From IMG/VR virus record IMGVR_UViG_3300022839_000007, positions 64,001 to 128,000 of that record: a stretch of 64,000 nucleotides of DNA; one strand, given 5' to 3'. The notes under the pieces are model-generated. The model saw nothing but the letters and a program-made list of their open reading frames with translations, made no database searches and was not told where the DNA came from. Origin of the DNA: a virus. The first letter of the stretch is position 1. Each line of letters starts with the position of its first letter. The translations under genes and the position numbers were made by a program. Positions 1 through 10,274 of the stretch are shown here, in pieces.

Positions 1-1
1 G

Positions 2-193
2 TTAACATTCAGTATTTCTAAATACAACGATTTACACCAACTTGAACAATTTATTAGCTTACCGATAGAGAAATTAATCAGCGATTGCGTTGTAACTGTT
101 CCGTATGAATCCAGTATTCCTGTTGGATTAACTAAGATGAGTATATATACTACAAAGAGACTAAACACATATTATCACAAGGTATTATTATGA
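2..193 (+). CDS. 3' end of a hypothetical protein (truncated by window edge)
   Basis: Frame open from base 2 (LTFSISKYND...YYHKVLL*); TGA overlaps the next ATG (ATGA coupling). Confidence 0.7.
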   Translation, partial: LTFSISKYNDLHQLEQFISLPIEKLISDCVVTVPYESSIPVGLTKMSIYTTKRLNTYYHKVLL

Positions 194-1110
194 ATAATAA
201 ATTTCGAGTAGCAGATTGCGACATAGTGTATTTAAGTTACGACGAGCCGAATGCCGAAAAAAACTATGCTGATTTATGTAAAAAGATACCGTGGGTAAAA
301 CGAGTACACGGAGTTAAAGGCAGCGATGCAGCACATAAAGCCTGTGCTAAAATAAGCGAAACACCGCGATTTATTACAATCGATGGTGACAATATTATTG
401 ATGCTAGCTTTGTAAACAAGGAATTTGATTTAGATGCAAATAAAGATTTAGCATCGTGTGTTATTAGTTGGACAGCTCGCAATACCATTAATGGATTGAT
501 GTACGGAAATGGCGGAATCAAATGCTGGCCTACGCAGTATGTTCTAGATATGAAAACGCATGAGAACGCGCCTGCGGATAACGTACATGCGCAGGTAGAT
601 TTTTGCTGGGATGTTGAATACATTCAAATGAATAGTTGCTACAGCGAAGTTATGAACAATGCTACACCTCAACAAGCATGGCGTGCCGGATTCCGAGAAG
701 GGTGTAAAATGGCATTAGACCGCGGAGTGCGTGTTAGTCTGGAGGATTTTAAAAAGAACCATTGGAAAAATTTACATCGATTGTATATTTGGTTAATGGT
801 AGGCGCTGATGTAAAAAACGGATCATGGGCTATATACGGAGCACGTCACGGATTGTATCAAACAATGTGCACCGACTGGGACTTTGTAAATGTGCGAGAC
901 TTTGAGTATCTTAACCAAATGTGGAATACCATTGATATTACCGAAGAATCGTTACTTAAGTCAATTGACAATTTAGGAACTGATTTAAAATTACATTTAG
1001 GATTGCCTATAGGAATTAATCCCTTAACAGCTGACCAAAGTACATTTTTTAAAACAGTATATCAAAACCCGTCAAGAGTAGCTAATCAACAGTTTATAGA
1101 TCGAGAATAA
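190..1110 (+). CDS. Glycosyltransferase-like protein (GT-A, DxD), phage family
   Basis: DIVYLSYDEPNAE start, IDGDN DxD motif, YGNGGIK; paralog of 2510..3202. Confidence 0.65.
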   Translation: MNNKFRVADCDIVYLSYDEPNAEKNYADLCKKIPWVKRVHGVKGSDAAHKACAKISETPRFITIDGDNIIDASFVNKEFDLDANKDLASCVISWTARNTINGLMYGNGGIKCWPTQYVLDMKTHENAPADNVHAQVDFCWDVEYIQMNSCYSEVMNNATPQQAWRAGFREGCKMALDRGVRVSLEDFKKNHWKNLHRLYIWLMVGADVKNGSWAIYGARHGLYQTMCTDWDFVNVRDFEYLNQMWNTIDITEESLLKSIDNLGTDLKLHLGLPIGINPLTADQSTFFKTVYQNPSRVANQQFIDRE

Positions 1111-1111
1111 C

Positions 1112-2509
1112 TTGAAAGATTTAAAAAAATGGAAAAAGGATAATCTTGATACAGTAAGTTGTACGTTTTGTGTTGCAAAATGGAAACAAGTTACTTTGCA
1201 TCTTCAAAACGGATTTACCCATAGCTGTCATCACCCTACGTCTCATAAAATTCCGTTAGATGAACTAGTAAATAACCCTAGCGCATTACATAACACAAAA
1301 TTTAAAAAATTACAGCGTAAGTCTATGCTGGAAGGAATCCGTCCAGACGAATGCGATTACTGTTGGCGAGTAGAAGATGCTCCTAATAATCCAATCAGTG
1401 ATAGAACATATAAATCTGCAGAGTCATGGGCAGAAGAATACATTGAAGAAATAATTGCTAAACCGTGGGACGACGATGTAACTCCTAGCTACTTAGAAGT
1501 ATCGTTTAGTAGTGTATGCAACTTCAAATGCAGCTATTGCTCTCCTCAGGTTAGTAGTAAATGGATGGAGGAAATACAACAGCACGGAGCATATCCTACC
1601 TCTAATAAATTTAACGATATAACGTATCTAGACTCTCAAGGAATGATGCCTATACCGCACCGAGTAAAAAATCCGTATGTTGACGCATTTTGGAAATGGT
1701 GGCCAGATGTTTCTCGAGATCTAAGGCATTTTAGAATTACAGGAGGCGAACCGCTGTTATCTAAGGATACGTTTAAGATACTAGACGACCTAATAGCAAA
1801 TCCGCGCCCTAATATGGAGTTTTCTATTAACAGTAATATGTGTATTCCTGATGCAGTTTTTAATAAATTTATAGAAAAAATCAAAATTATTTGCAACGAA
1901 AATAAAGTAAAAAAGTTTAAGATATTTACTAGTGCAGAGGCATATGGTGCTCAGGCAGAGTATATTCGACACGGGCTGGATTATAATCAATGGTTAGACA
2001 ATATACGTCGAGTTTTGAGAGAAATACCAAACTGTACATTTACTTGCACAAGCACTTATAATCTATTGAGTCTCTTTAGCTTCGATAAGCTGTTGGTTGA
2101 TATACTAGAAATTAAAAAAGAGTTTGGCGGTCCTAACAAAAATATTCCAATTATATTAGATACTCCTTATCTAAGATATCCTGCTCACCAGGCTGTATTT
2201 ATAGCAGATAATAGTTGGAATACTCGGTATTTAATACCTCAAGCAGAATTTATTAAATATCATCTTGAAGATAAAACCGTCGCCAACAAGACAAATAATG
2301 GATTTTACAGTTGGGAATTAGATAAGTTTAAGAGAATTTCAAGCATACTATTAGAAGAAAATTTGTCAACTTCTGAACTGTGTATACGTAGATCGGACTT
2401 TGTTAAATTTGTAGACGAGCATGACAAAAGACGTGGAACAACCTTTTTAAAAACATTTCCAGAGATGGCAGAATTTTACAAAAAAATATCCAATGGTGAA
2501 ACATTTTAA
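1112..2509 (+). CDS. Radical SAM protein with N-terminal Cys-rich (SPASM/twitch-like) region
   Basis: CNFKCSYC (CxxxCxxC), ITGGEP, N-terminal C..SCHH..CDYC; TTG start. Confidence 0.85.
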   Translation: MKDLKKWKKDNLDTVSCTFCVAKWKQVTLHLQNGFTHSCHHPTSHKIPLDELVNNPSALHNTKFKKLQRKSMLEGIRPDECDYCWRVEDAPNNPISDRTYKSAESWAEEYIEEIIAKPWDDDVTPSYLEVSFSSVCNFKCSYCSPQVSSKWMEEIQQHGAYPTSNKFNDITYLDSQGMMPIPHRVKNPYVDAFWKWWPDVSRDLRHFRITGGEPLLSKDTFKILDDLIANPRPNMEFSINSNMCIPDAVFNKFIEKIKIICNENKVKKFKIFTSAEAYGAQAEYIRHGLDYNQWLDNIRRVLREIPNCTFTCTSTYNLLSLFSFDKLLVDILEIKKEFGGPNKNIPIILDTPYLRYPAHQAVFIADNSWNTRYLIPQAEFIKYHLEDKTVANKTNNGFYSWELDKFKRISSILLEENLSTSELCIRRSDFVKFVDEHDKRRGTTFLKTFPEMAEFYKKISNGETF

Positions 2510-3202
2510 ATGTATGACATAGTATTTATTAGTTATCAAGAACCCAATGCAGATGAAAATTACGCTGCATTAAAGGAAAAGTTTCCAACGGCTAAACGCA
2601 TACACGGTGTTGCAGGAATTCATCAAGCCCATATTACAGCAGCAGCAAAATGTTTTACAAAAATGATATGGGTTGTAGACGGCGATGCAATCATATTACC
2701 TACTTTTGATTTTACATATAGCGTAGATTTATATAATTTAGAAACAGTACATGTATGGCGGAGTCAAAATCCTATCAACGATCTTGTATACGGATACGGA
2801 GGAATAAAGTTGCTTCCGAGGAATCTCACAATAAACATGGATGTTAGCAAGCCAGATATGACTACTAGTATCAGTTGCAATTTTCGAGCAATGTCTGAAA
2901 TTTCAAACATCACATCTTTTAACACCGACCCGTTTAGTACCTGGCGTAGTGCATTTAGAGAATGTACCAAGCTTGCATCTAAAGTAATTGACCGACAGAA
3001 CGACAACGAAACACAACAAAGATTACATACATGGTGTACAGTAGGAGTAGATAGGCCGTATGGCAACTATGCACTTGCTGGAGCAAAAGCAGGAGCAGTA
3101 TACGGTTTTCAAAATCAAACTAATATCGTTGCTCTTAAAATGATCAACAACTTTAGTTGGCTAAAGGAGAAGTTTGATGATACATTCAAGCAAGTTTTTT
3201 GA
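2510..3202 (+). CDS. Glycosyltransferase-like protein (GT-A, DxD)
   Basis: DIVFISYQEPNADEN, VVDGD, YGYGGIK, WRSAFREC; paralog of 190..1110. Confidence 0.65.
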   Translation: MYDIVFISYQEPNADENYAALKEKFPTAKRIHGVAGIHQAHITAAAKCFTKMIWVVDGDAIILPTFDFTYSVDLYNLETVHVWRSQNPINDLVYGYGGIKLLPRNLTINMDVSKPDMTTSISCNFRAMSEISNITSFNTDPFSTWRSAFRECTKLASKVIDRQNDNETQQRLHTWCTVGVDRPYGNYALAGAKAGAVYGFQNQTNIVALKMINNFSWLKEKFDDTFKQVF

Positions 3203-3821
3203 TAATTTTGGACAATTTATTTCTCGATACCCTGATACAGATTTAATTGATCTGTTTTCAAAGGGACAAATAGAATCTAAGCGTTGGTTAGTAAATACGG
3301 TAATAAATTTAAACTTAGATTTAGGATCTGTCTTTTTATGTGCAGGGTGGTATGGAACTCTGGCAACGTTTATATTTGAATCTGGCATACCACTAACACA
3401 AATTAGAAGCTTTGATATAGACCCAATTTGTGCTGGTCGTGCTGATTCATTTAATCGTTGTTGGGTAATAGATGGGTGGAAATTTAAAGCTAGTACACTT
3501 AATATACACGATATGACTTATCCATTAACATACACAACAATTAGAGCTAACGGTACGGAGGCAGGCTTATGTGAAACTCCAAATTCAGTCATTAATACAA
3601 GTTGCGAACATATTGATAATTTTTCTAAATGGTATAAAAAAATTCCCAACGGAACACTGCTAATACTACAAAGTAACAATTTCTTTGAAATATCAGATCA
3701 TATTAATTGTGTCAAAAATAATGACGAATTTGCATTGCAGACCCCTATGTCTGTTGAATTATTTAATGACGAACTAGAATTACCAGCGTATAAAAGATTT
3801 ATGCGAATTGGATATAAATGA
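3174..3821 (+). CDS. Class I SAM-dependent methyltransferase-like protein
   Basis: LCAGWYG motif I-like, RSFDID, INTSCEH. Confidence 0.6.
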   Translation: MMIHSSKFFDNFGQFISRYPDTDLIDLFSKGQIESKRWLVNTVINLNLDLGSVFLCAGWYGTLATFIFESGIPLTQIRSFDIDPICAGRADSFNRCWVIDGWKFKASTLNIHDMTYPLTYTTIRANGTEAGLCETPNSVINTSCEHIDNFSKWYKKIPNGTLLILQSNNFFEISDHINCVKNNDEFALQTPMSVELFNDELELPAYKRFMRIGYK

Positions 3822-4534
3822 AAATACAAATTTTATCAATGCCGCGTACCGGTAGTTCTTATTTAAAAACAATGTTGAATTTTCAAATGACAAAATATGT
3901 AAATTATTTTACTATTTCGGAACCGTTTAATGATAGCAAACAATCCCTTATTAAATATCAGAATAGAAATACTATAATTAATAGTATTAAATCATCCGAC
4001 AACGCATTGGTTAAGAGTCACATACACGAACTAATTAATATACAACATACTGACGTTTTTAAAGAATATTCTGCCATAGACTGGTACACGATTTGTCTTT
4101 TGCGCAGAAATATATTTACATTAACATTAAGCAGAGTAATTGCAATTAGCACCGGCGTATGGGACAATCAAAATTTTAAAAATTTAATTATGCATATTGA
4201 TTTTGAAATTTTTAAAAATTATTTAATCCAAACATTAAACTGGATAAGATTTATTAAACTTAATTCGTTTAATTTTATATTTCATAAAGTAGTTTTTTAC
4301 GAAGATCTATTATTTAAATCGGAATCCGATTTAAATAATATAGGTATACCGGTAACTCATACTACTTATTATGCACCATCTCGACTATATTTAAAAAGAG
4401 ATATAATTAGCAACTATAACGAACTCTATCAGAACACTATTGAGTTTACTAGAGGAATTCAAGACTTATCGTTTGACGGTGTATATTTACAGGATAACAT
4501 AATTTTTAACAATAATTCAACTTTGAATATATAA
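3818..4534 (+). CDS. Sulfotransferase-like protein (P-loop, Stf0-like)
   Basis: MPRTGSSYL 5'-PAPS loop, EPF, LxRRN...S, FYEDL. Confidence 0.7.
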   Translation: MKIQILSMPRTGSSYLKTMLNFQMTKYVNYFTISEPFNDSKQSLIKYQNRNTIINSIKSSDNALVKSHIHELINIQHTDVFKEYSAIDWYTICLLRRNIFTLTLSRVIAISTGVWDNQNFKNLIMHIDFEIFKNYLIQTLNWIRFIKLNSFNFIFHKVVFYEDLLFKSESDLNNIGIPVTHTTYYAPSRLYLKRDIISNYNELYQNTIEFTRGIQDLSFDGVYLQDNIIFNNNSTLNI

Positions 4535-4578
4535 GGGTTTTGTGGTCATAAGTACTATGTAATTAATTGGAGACTAGG

Positions 4579-5727
4579 TTGTCACTTATCAAATGTTTAC
4601 ACATTACAAAAGGTATGCGTATCTCTTTTAGAGAAATTTGCAATCAAGTATATTTTTTTAGAAAACCATGCTGTGAAATGCACACGTCGGATATGCCAGC
4701 TGATATATCTAAATTTGTCCCCTATGTGGATGTTACTAGTATTTTTTCTCACCCTACGATAAAATACTTTAATAGCTGGGTAAATACAGAAGAAATAATG
4801 CATCCTAGTTGCCAACCCTGCAAAATTAAAGAATCATTAGGTATACACAGTGCAAGGATGCAATCAAATCTACATACAGATGCACCGTATGACATATTAC
4901 TATTAGATGTTGTAATTGGAAATGCTTGTAATCTTGCTTGTCCATTTTGTGATAGTACTTCTAGTTCATTGATAAACAAAATTTCAAAAAAACAAAATAT
5001 TGCCGAGCTTCCTACAAATTGGAAGACAGCAACGCACAAGCTTGCTTCGTCTAACAGTATTTCTAAAATAATATCCGAGTTGTTAACAACATATAAAGTT
5101 AAACAGCTTAAATTAATAGGCGGCGAACCATTTTTAAAAGAAAATTGGGAATCAATTGGCAATATTTTAGATCAAGATTATTGTAAAGATCTTGAAATAT
5201 CAATTACCTCTAACGGAACGGTATTGAACAAAAGAATTCTACAGAGTCTAAAAAATACAAAAACTACCGAATTAAGAATTAGCGTAGACAGTATAGGAAG
5301 CAACTACGAATTTATTAGATGGCCGCATTCGTGGAAAAAGATGGAAGACAACTTAAATTTTTTAAAAAACAACACAGCTAATAATATTCAAATATCAGTA
5401 GCAAATTTAATTTCTGTTTTAAATTTTGAATTTCTTCCAGAGATCGAAGAATATTTTTCAAATTTGCCATTTTTTTGTGGATACAATTTTGACATTAAGC
5501 CAAAAACATCATTATTACATTATTCCAATATTCCAAATAATATAAAAATACAAGTTAGAGATCGAATTAAAAACAAAGATTTAAAAAAAATGATCGAACT
5601 CTATGAAACGGATGTAGACTCGGTACTAATTCAAAAACAATTTGAATTTTTTTTAAAACATAGAAAATTATCCACGGCTGCAAATGCAGTCGGTCCTATG
5701 ACTGCTAAATGGTTATCATTAACATGA
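4579..5727 (+). CDS. Radical SAM protein with N-terminal twitch/SPASM-like Cys cluster
   Basis: CNLACPFC, IGGEP, TSNGT, FIRWP; N-terminal KPCC..CQPC; TTG at 4579 follows GGAG (track start 4567). Confidence 0.85.
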   Translation: MSLIKCLHITKGMRISFREICNQVYFFRKPCCEMHTSDMPADISKFVPYVDVTSIFSHPTIKYFNSWVNTEEIMHPSCQPCKIKESLGIHSARMQSNLHTDAPYDILLLDVVIGNACNLACPFCDSTSSSLINKISKKQNIAELPTNWKTATHKLASSNSISKIISELLTTYKVKQLKLIGGEPFLKENWESIGNILDQDYCKDLEISITSNGTVLNKRILQSLKNTKTTELRISVDSIGSNYEFIRWPHSWKKMEDNLNFLKNNTANNIQISVANLISVLNFEFLPEIEEYFSNLPFFCGYNFDIKPKTSLLHYSNIPNNIKIQVRDRIKNKDLKKMIELYETDVDSVLIQKQFEFFLKHRKLSTAANAVGPMTAKWLSLT

Positions 5728-6692
5728 TATTATTAAACACTCGCACTGGTATAAAAAAAGCAAACATCGGTACCGTAAAAACTTCTTTAAATAAATTTAA
5801 AGGATGGTATTGCGGTGCAGGCATGGACTTCTTGTGGATAAATGATAAAGGATATATATTTGGAAATGTATGCAGGCATAGCGGATGCTATGGAAATCTT
5901 TATACAGAATTTACACTTCCGACAGAGCCTATGATTTGTCCAGCTAGTTCGTGTTATTGCGCAGCAGATATTGATATATTAAAAGCTAAAACCCAAAGTG
6001 ATTTTACTGAGTTTGCAGCCAACATTACTAACAGCGACCTATTTTATATAGATGATTACAACAACCAAGAAGTAATTAGTTTATGCGGAGTAAGTAAAAC
6101 TAATCAAAATAAGTTTTTTAGTATTAACTGGAATATTGGAAAAAGATGTAACTATTCATGTACGTATTGTCCGCCAGCAGTGCATGACAACTTTAGTCCG
6201 CATATGCCGTTTGATACGTTTAAAAAAGCTATTAACAAGATACAGGAATCAATATCTCATAAAAAAATACAAATAACATTTACTGGAGGAGAACCTACTA
6301 TAAATCCTAATTTTTTTAAAATTGTAGATTATTGCGTTAATTTGGGCATCAAGGTATTTACAAATACTAACGGCACTTGTACTGTAAAAAAAATGTATAA
6401 ACTAATACAGGCCGGCGGCGCAATGGTAAGTGTACATGCAGAATTTGCACAACAAAAAAAGCTTGTAGGAAAAATTCAAGAAGTGTTACTATACAATCTA
6501 TCCGGTAATCTTAATGTAAAATATATGTTAGCACCGGGCAAATTAGAAGAATGTAAGCAATTTATCAGTATTTTGCCTCCAAGAACTTCAAAATTCAAAT
6601 TCAGTATAGAGCCGCTAGTTGATAAGATAAATGACAGAACTATGCTTATATATAGTTTAGAAGAAATTAAAATTATACAGGAAACGCAATGA
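5724..6692 (+). CDS. Radical SAM protein with N-terminal SPASM-like domain
   Basis: N-terminal GWYCGAG..GNVC..CPASSCYCAAD; CNYSCTYC, FTGGEPT; ATGA-coupled start. Confidence 0.85.
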   Translation: MILLNTRTGIKKANIGTVKTSLNKFKGWYCGAGMDFLWINDKGYIFGNVCRHSGCYGNLYTEFTLPTEPMICPASSCYCAADIDILKAKTQSDFTEFAANITNSDLFYIDDYNNQEVISLCGVSKTNQNKFFSINWNIGKRCNYSCTYCPPAVHDNFSPHMPFDTFKKAINKIQESISHKKIQITFTGGEPTINPNFFKIVDYCVNLGIKVFTNTNGTCTVKKMYKLIQAGGAMVSVHAEFAQQKKLVGKIQEVLLYNLSGNLNVKYMLAPGKLEECKQFISILPPRTSKFKFSIEPLVDKINDRTMLIYSLEEIKIIQETQ

Positions 6693-7363
6693 CACAGATT
6701 GTATCAATACAAAGTAATCGCCCTCAGAATATATTTTACGTTCATTGGAATTTAGGAAAACGCTGCAATTTTGATTGTTCGTATTGTGCCGACAGTTTAC
6801 ATGACTTTATTAGCCCTCATCGTTCGTTGGAAAATTTAATTACAATAGCAGATAATATGAAGAAAAACATTCTACACGATAAAATTAGGATATGGTTTAC
6901 AGGTGGAGAGCCTACGGTTAACCCTAATTTTTTAAAATTTTGCAAGTATTTGTACGCAGATGGCAGGTTTTTGTTAGGATTAAACACTAATGGAAGTAGA
7001 ACCACTCGATATTATTTAAATTTATTAGAGTGCGTGGATACAATACAATTTAGTAGTCATTTTGAATTTTTAAAAGATGACAAATTTAAAGAAACATTGA
7101 CTACACTAGTTAAAGAAACGTACGGTTCAGGGAAGGCAGTTAATATAAACTTAATGATGGAGCCTGAATATTGGGATAGGGCGGTATCTCTCATTAAACA
7201 TTGCAAACAGTTTTCTATTGAATATCATATTAAACGAATACGTAATAAGGACAACTTTACTTCCATTAACAGACAATATTCTCCAATATACACCGATGAC
7301 CAGTTAAGATTTATCACAGATGCCGAGTATAGACATACTTATTTAGAGGATTACAATGAGTGA
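6689..7363 (+). CDS. Radical SAM protein (core only)
   Basis: WNLGKRCNFDCSYC, FTGGEPT, TNGSR. Confidence 0.9.
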   Translation: MTQIVSIQSNRPQNIFYVHWNLGKRCNFDCSYCADSLHDFISPHRSLENLITIADNMKKNILHDKIRIWFTGGEPTVNPNFLKFCKYLYADGRFLLGLNTNGSRTTRYYLNLLECVDTIQFSSHFEFLKDDKFKETLTTLVKETYGSGKAVNINLMMEPEYWDRAVSLIKHCKQFSIEYHIKRIRNKDNFTSINRQYSPIYTDDQLRFITDAEYRHTYLEDYNE

Positions 7364-7721
7364 TATTGTGTGCTATACCTCCGACGGAATTGCATCTGAA
7401 TTGTGGGCCAATGACTTAGTAAAATCCGAAATGGTCAATTTTGAAGGGTGGCAATGCGGTATCGGAACCGAAAGTATTGAGATTCGTAGCGATGGGTCGA
7501 TATACAGAGGAGTATGCAAAGTAGGAGGAAAAATTGGACATGTCGACGACGAAGTGTGGAATTTTCCTAAAACGTTTATTGTTTGTAATAAAACTTCGTG
7601 TACATGTGTTGCCGATATTAAGTCTACACGTTATAAAAATGCACAATACAGATCCGAGTTATCTCAACAAGTTACTGAAAGGATTTTGCAAAATGGCGGA
7701 CATAATCCAATTAATGTTTGA
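7356..7721 (+). CDS. Stand-alone SPASM-like Fe-S domain protein
   Basis: FEGWQCGIG..DGSIYRGVC..CNKTSCTCVAD, homologous to the N-terminus of 5724..6692. Confidence 0.7.
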   Translation: MSDIVCYTSDGIASELWANDLVKSEMVNFEGWQCGIGTESIEIRSDGSIYRGVCKVGGKIGHVDDEVWNFPKTFIVCNKTSCTCVADIKSTRYKNAQYRSELSQQVTERILQNGGHNPINV

Positions 7722-8541
7722 CAACTCAACTAGTCTATCTATTTTAATGAATCAAAACAAATTTGTAAATAAGTGGTTAGAGTTGTTATCAACATATAAT
7801 AATCAGATTCCTGGGCAGTACGAATACGATATACAAATATCTGGAATTGGCAGAGATTATGTAATTGATGAATTGTTAGAAGTAATGACAGAAATTAATA
7901 ATCATCATCCGCATACAATTCCTATTAATTATTTTCATCGGCATTTATCACATGTTGAATTAAGCGACATACACTTTATATATGAAAAAATTGAATCAGA
8001 TAATGTTTGGTTGTCAACTGGTAGACTTTCTTATAACTGCATCTGTTTTTACAAGTCCAAGTTGAATGATTTAATACACGAAATGGAAGCAATGTTAGGC
8101 AAGCGTACTACGCCGAGGGTGAGATTTAGGATTGTTGATCCTGTAACCAAAGTGCCTAACACATATAAACCAGAGTTAGATATTAGTGATTACAAATTAT
8201 TTGAACCAATTATACGCCCCTATGTTGTATATTTAAATTATAACGCAGTAGGTGAGGACTTTATAAAAACATTTAAATCTAACAGAGATCCAAGCACAGC
8301 GGTTCCGCTAACTAAATATAGTCCTAGTTTTTTCTTTGTAACACACGCGATTGATATACATTTGCAACAACATACCGTACTACAATGTAGAAAGTGGATG
8401 TTAAATGCAGGGTACAACAGCGAGGATTATAAAAACAGTTTTGGATATATTCCGTTAGGCGTAGTATTTAAAAATAGTTCCGATAACGATATTTCTACCA
8501 CTATCAAAACCTCTAAGCTAATCGGAGTTAACATTACATGA
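7693..8541 (+). CDS. Hypothetical protein
   Basis: Long ORF in coupled operon; ATG 7693 preferred over track start 7534. Confidence 0.65.
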   Translation: MADIIQLMFDNSTSLSILMNQNKFVNKWLELLSTYNNQIPGQYEYDIQISGIGRDYVIDELLEVMTEINNHHPHTIPINYFHRHLSHVELSDIHFIYEKIESDNVWLSTGRLSYNCICFYKSKLNDLIHEMEAMLGKRTTPRVRFRIVDPVTKVPNTYKPELDISDYKLFEPIIRPYVVYLNYNAVGEDFIKTFKSNRDPSTAVPLTKYSPSFFFVTHAIDIHLQQHTVLQCRKWMLNAGYNSEDYKNSFGYIPLGVVFKNSSDNDISTTIKTSKLIGVNIT

Positions 8542-9554
8542 AAATATTTCCAAAGTGCTTAACTGGAAAATTGCCACAAGTGACATATAATGGATATGTA
8601 ATGCCATGTTGCTGGGTTCCGTATACTAAAACAATATCTTACACTGATAATACAAATAAGGCAAATCCTTTTTTACATGACGATTTTAATCTATACAATA
8701 ATGATTTTAATAGTATTGTTGGAAGTGAAAAGTGGGTAAACATGTTGAACGATACATTTTATAAGGATGTAATTCCGTATAAATGTTCAGTGGCATGTAA
8801 GTCCTTTATTTTAGAAAATGGAAAAGTATCGTCGGCAAACTCACGTCAGCCAAAATTCTTTTTAGAAGAATCTAACATAACGTCGTATTGGAAAAAGCAA
8901 AGTGCGGACCGAGAAATTTTTAATAATAGTACAACACACCCAGCAGATATTGTTGAAGTAAATCTTGAAACTACTAGTAGATGTACACTACAATGTCCGT
9001 ACTGTTCGAGGACTATTGAAAAACATACTTATCAAAAAGGGGACTTAGATTTTGAGGTAGTTAAAAAGTTACTTTATGCACGAGATTGGAAAACAGTAGT
9101 AGATTGTCCTAGATACGGCGATCCAATATTTTACAAACACTTTTCGGATATGATGGATTTACTAAAGGATGCTCCGGTTAAAACTTATCGAATACACGTT
9201 TCTGCAACAGGACGCGGAACTTCCTGGTGGGATAATACTGTGAAACAATTCTTACAGTTAAAATCCTGTGGAACTAGAGTTGTTATTACATTCGGAATAG
9301 ACGGGCTTGCAGATACTTCTAAAATTCATAGAATTGGGCAAAACTGGGAAGAAATTATATATGCTTTAAAAAAATGTGCTGCGGCAGGAATTGAAACTAT
9401 ATGGCAATTTATACCGTTTAGTCATAACGAGCACCAGATTCAAGAAGCAAAGGAATTATCAAAACTGTTTAATGCAAAGTTTAAAATAGTAATAAGCAAC
9501 CGATTTAGTACAGTTGATAAGTTTAGACCACTTGACCCAGCGTTAAGTGTATAA
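8538..9554 (+). CDS. Radical SAM protein with N-terminal SPASM-like domain
   Basis: N-terminal C..GYVMPCC..CSVAC; CTLQCPYC; YGDP; FGIDG. Confidence 0.85.
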   Translation: MKIFPKCLTGKLPQVTYNGYVMPCCWVPYTKTISYTDNTNKANPFLHDDFNLYNNDFNSIVGSEKWVNMLNDTFYKDVIPYKCSVACKSFILENGKVSSANSRQPKFFLEESNITSYWKKQSADREIFNNSTTHPADIVEVNLETTSRCTLQCPYCSRTIEKHTYQKGDLDFEVVKKLLYARDWKTVVDCPRYGDPIFYKHFSDMMDLLKDAPVKTYRIHVSATGRGTSWWDNTVKQFLQLKSCGTRVVITFGIDGLADTSKIHRIGQNWEEIIYALKKCAAAGIETIWQFIPFSHNEHQIQEAKELSKLFNAKFKIVISNRFSTVDKFRPLDPALSV

Positions 9555-9635
9555 CAAATATTATTCTATTTTTAATCCAATATAAAAATAATATCATAAA
9601 TATAAGAAAATATCAATAATTTTAAAATAACAAAC

Positions 9636-10274
9636 ATGATAACACATAATATTAACAATATTAATACCTTTAATGTATATCCCGGAACTACCGGAGTATG
9701 TGTAAGCGGCGGCGCCGATAGTGCGTTGCTCTTGTATTTTAATTTAAAGTACGCAATTTCTAAAATACATATATTTTCTTTGGCTAATCAAAAAAAATTA
9801 AGAAATTCTCGATTAGCAATTAATGTTATTAGTAAATGCGCAGAATTAACTAACAATTTCAACTTTGAGCATCATATCATGTATGCCAACGCACAAACCA
9901 AAGAAAATTTATTTATATTACCGGATTTATATATTACAGAAAATAAAATTAACACGATTTGCACCGGTATAACTAAGAATCCTCCTAAAACTGTAACTGA
10001 CAATTTTTTATTGCCAACTAAGGAAACCCTTGAAAGAAATCCCGAGGTAGTTAGACCGACATTATATAATAACACATTATATCTACCATGGACTAATATC
10101 GACAAACGCGAAGTGTGTAACATTTATCAACAATACAATTTGTTAGAAACTTTGTTTACAGAAACACGAAGTTGTGAATGGGATCATACAGTTCCTACCT
10201 CCGATCCTGGCGATTTTCATTGCGGAAAATGTTGGTGGTGCGAAGAGAGATTGTGGGGGTTTGGTAAATTATGA
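9636..10274 (+). CDS. QueC-like PP-loop ATPase
   Basis: VSGGADS PP-loop; TRSCE..HCGKCWWCEER Zn motif as in QueC. Confidence 0.7.
   Translation: MITHNINNINTFNVYPGTTGVCVSGGADSALLLYFNLKYAISKIHIFSLANQKKLRNSRLAINVISKCAELTNNFNFEHHIMYANAQTKENLFILPDLYITENKINTICTGITKNPPKTVTDNFLLPTKETLERNPEVVRPTLYNNTLYLPWTNIDKREVCNIYQQYNLLETLFTETRSCEWDHTVPTSDPGDFHCGKCWWCEERLWGFGKL

Noticed and set aside
9555-9635. RiPP precursor peptide in the gap of the enzyme island
   Set aside because: Very AT-rich with no credible ORF; contains only a late-type promoter box
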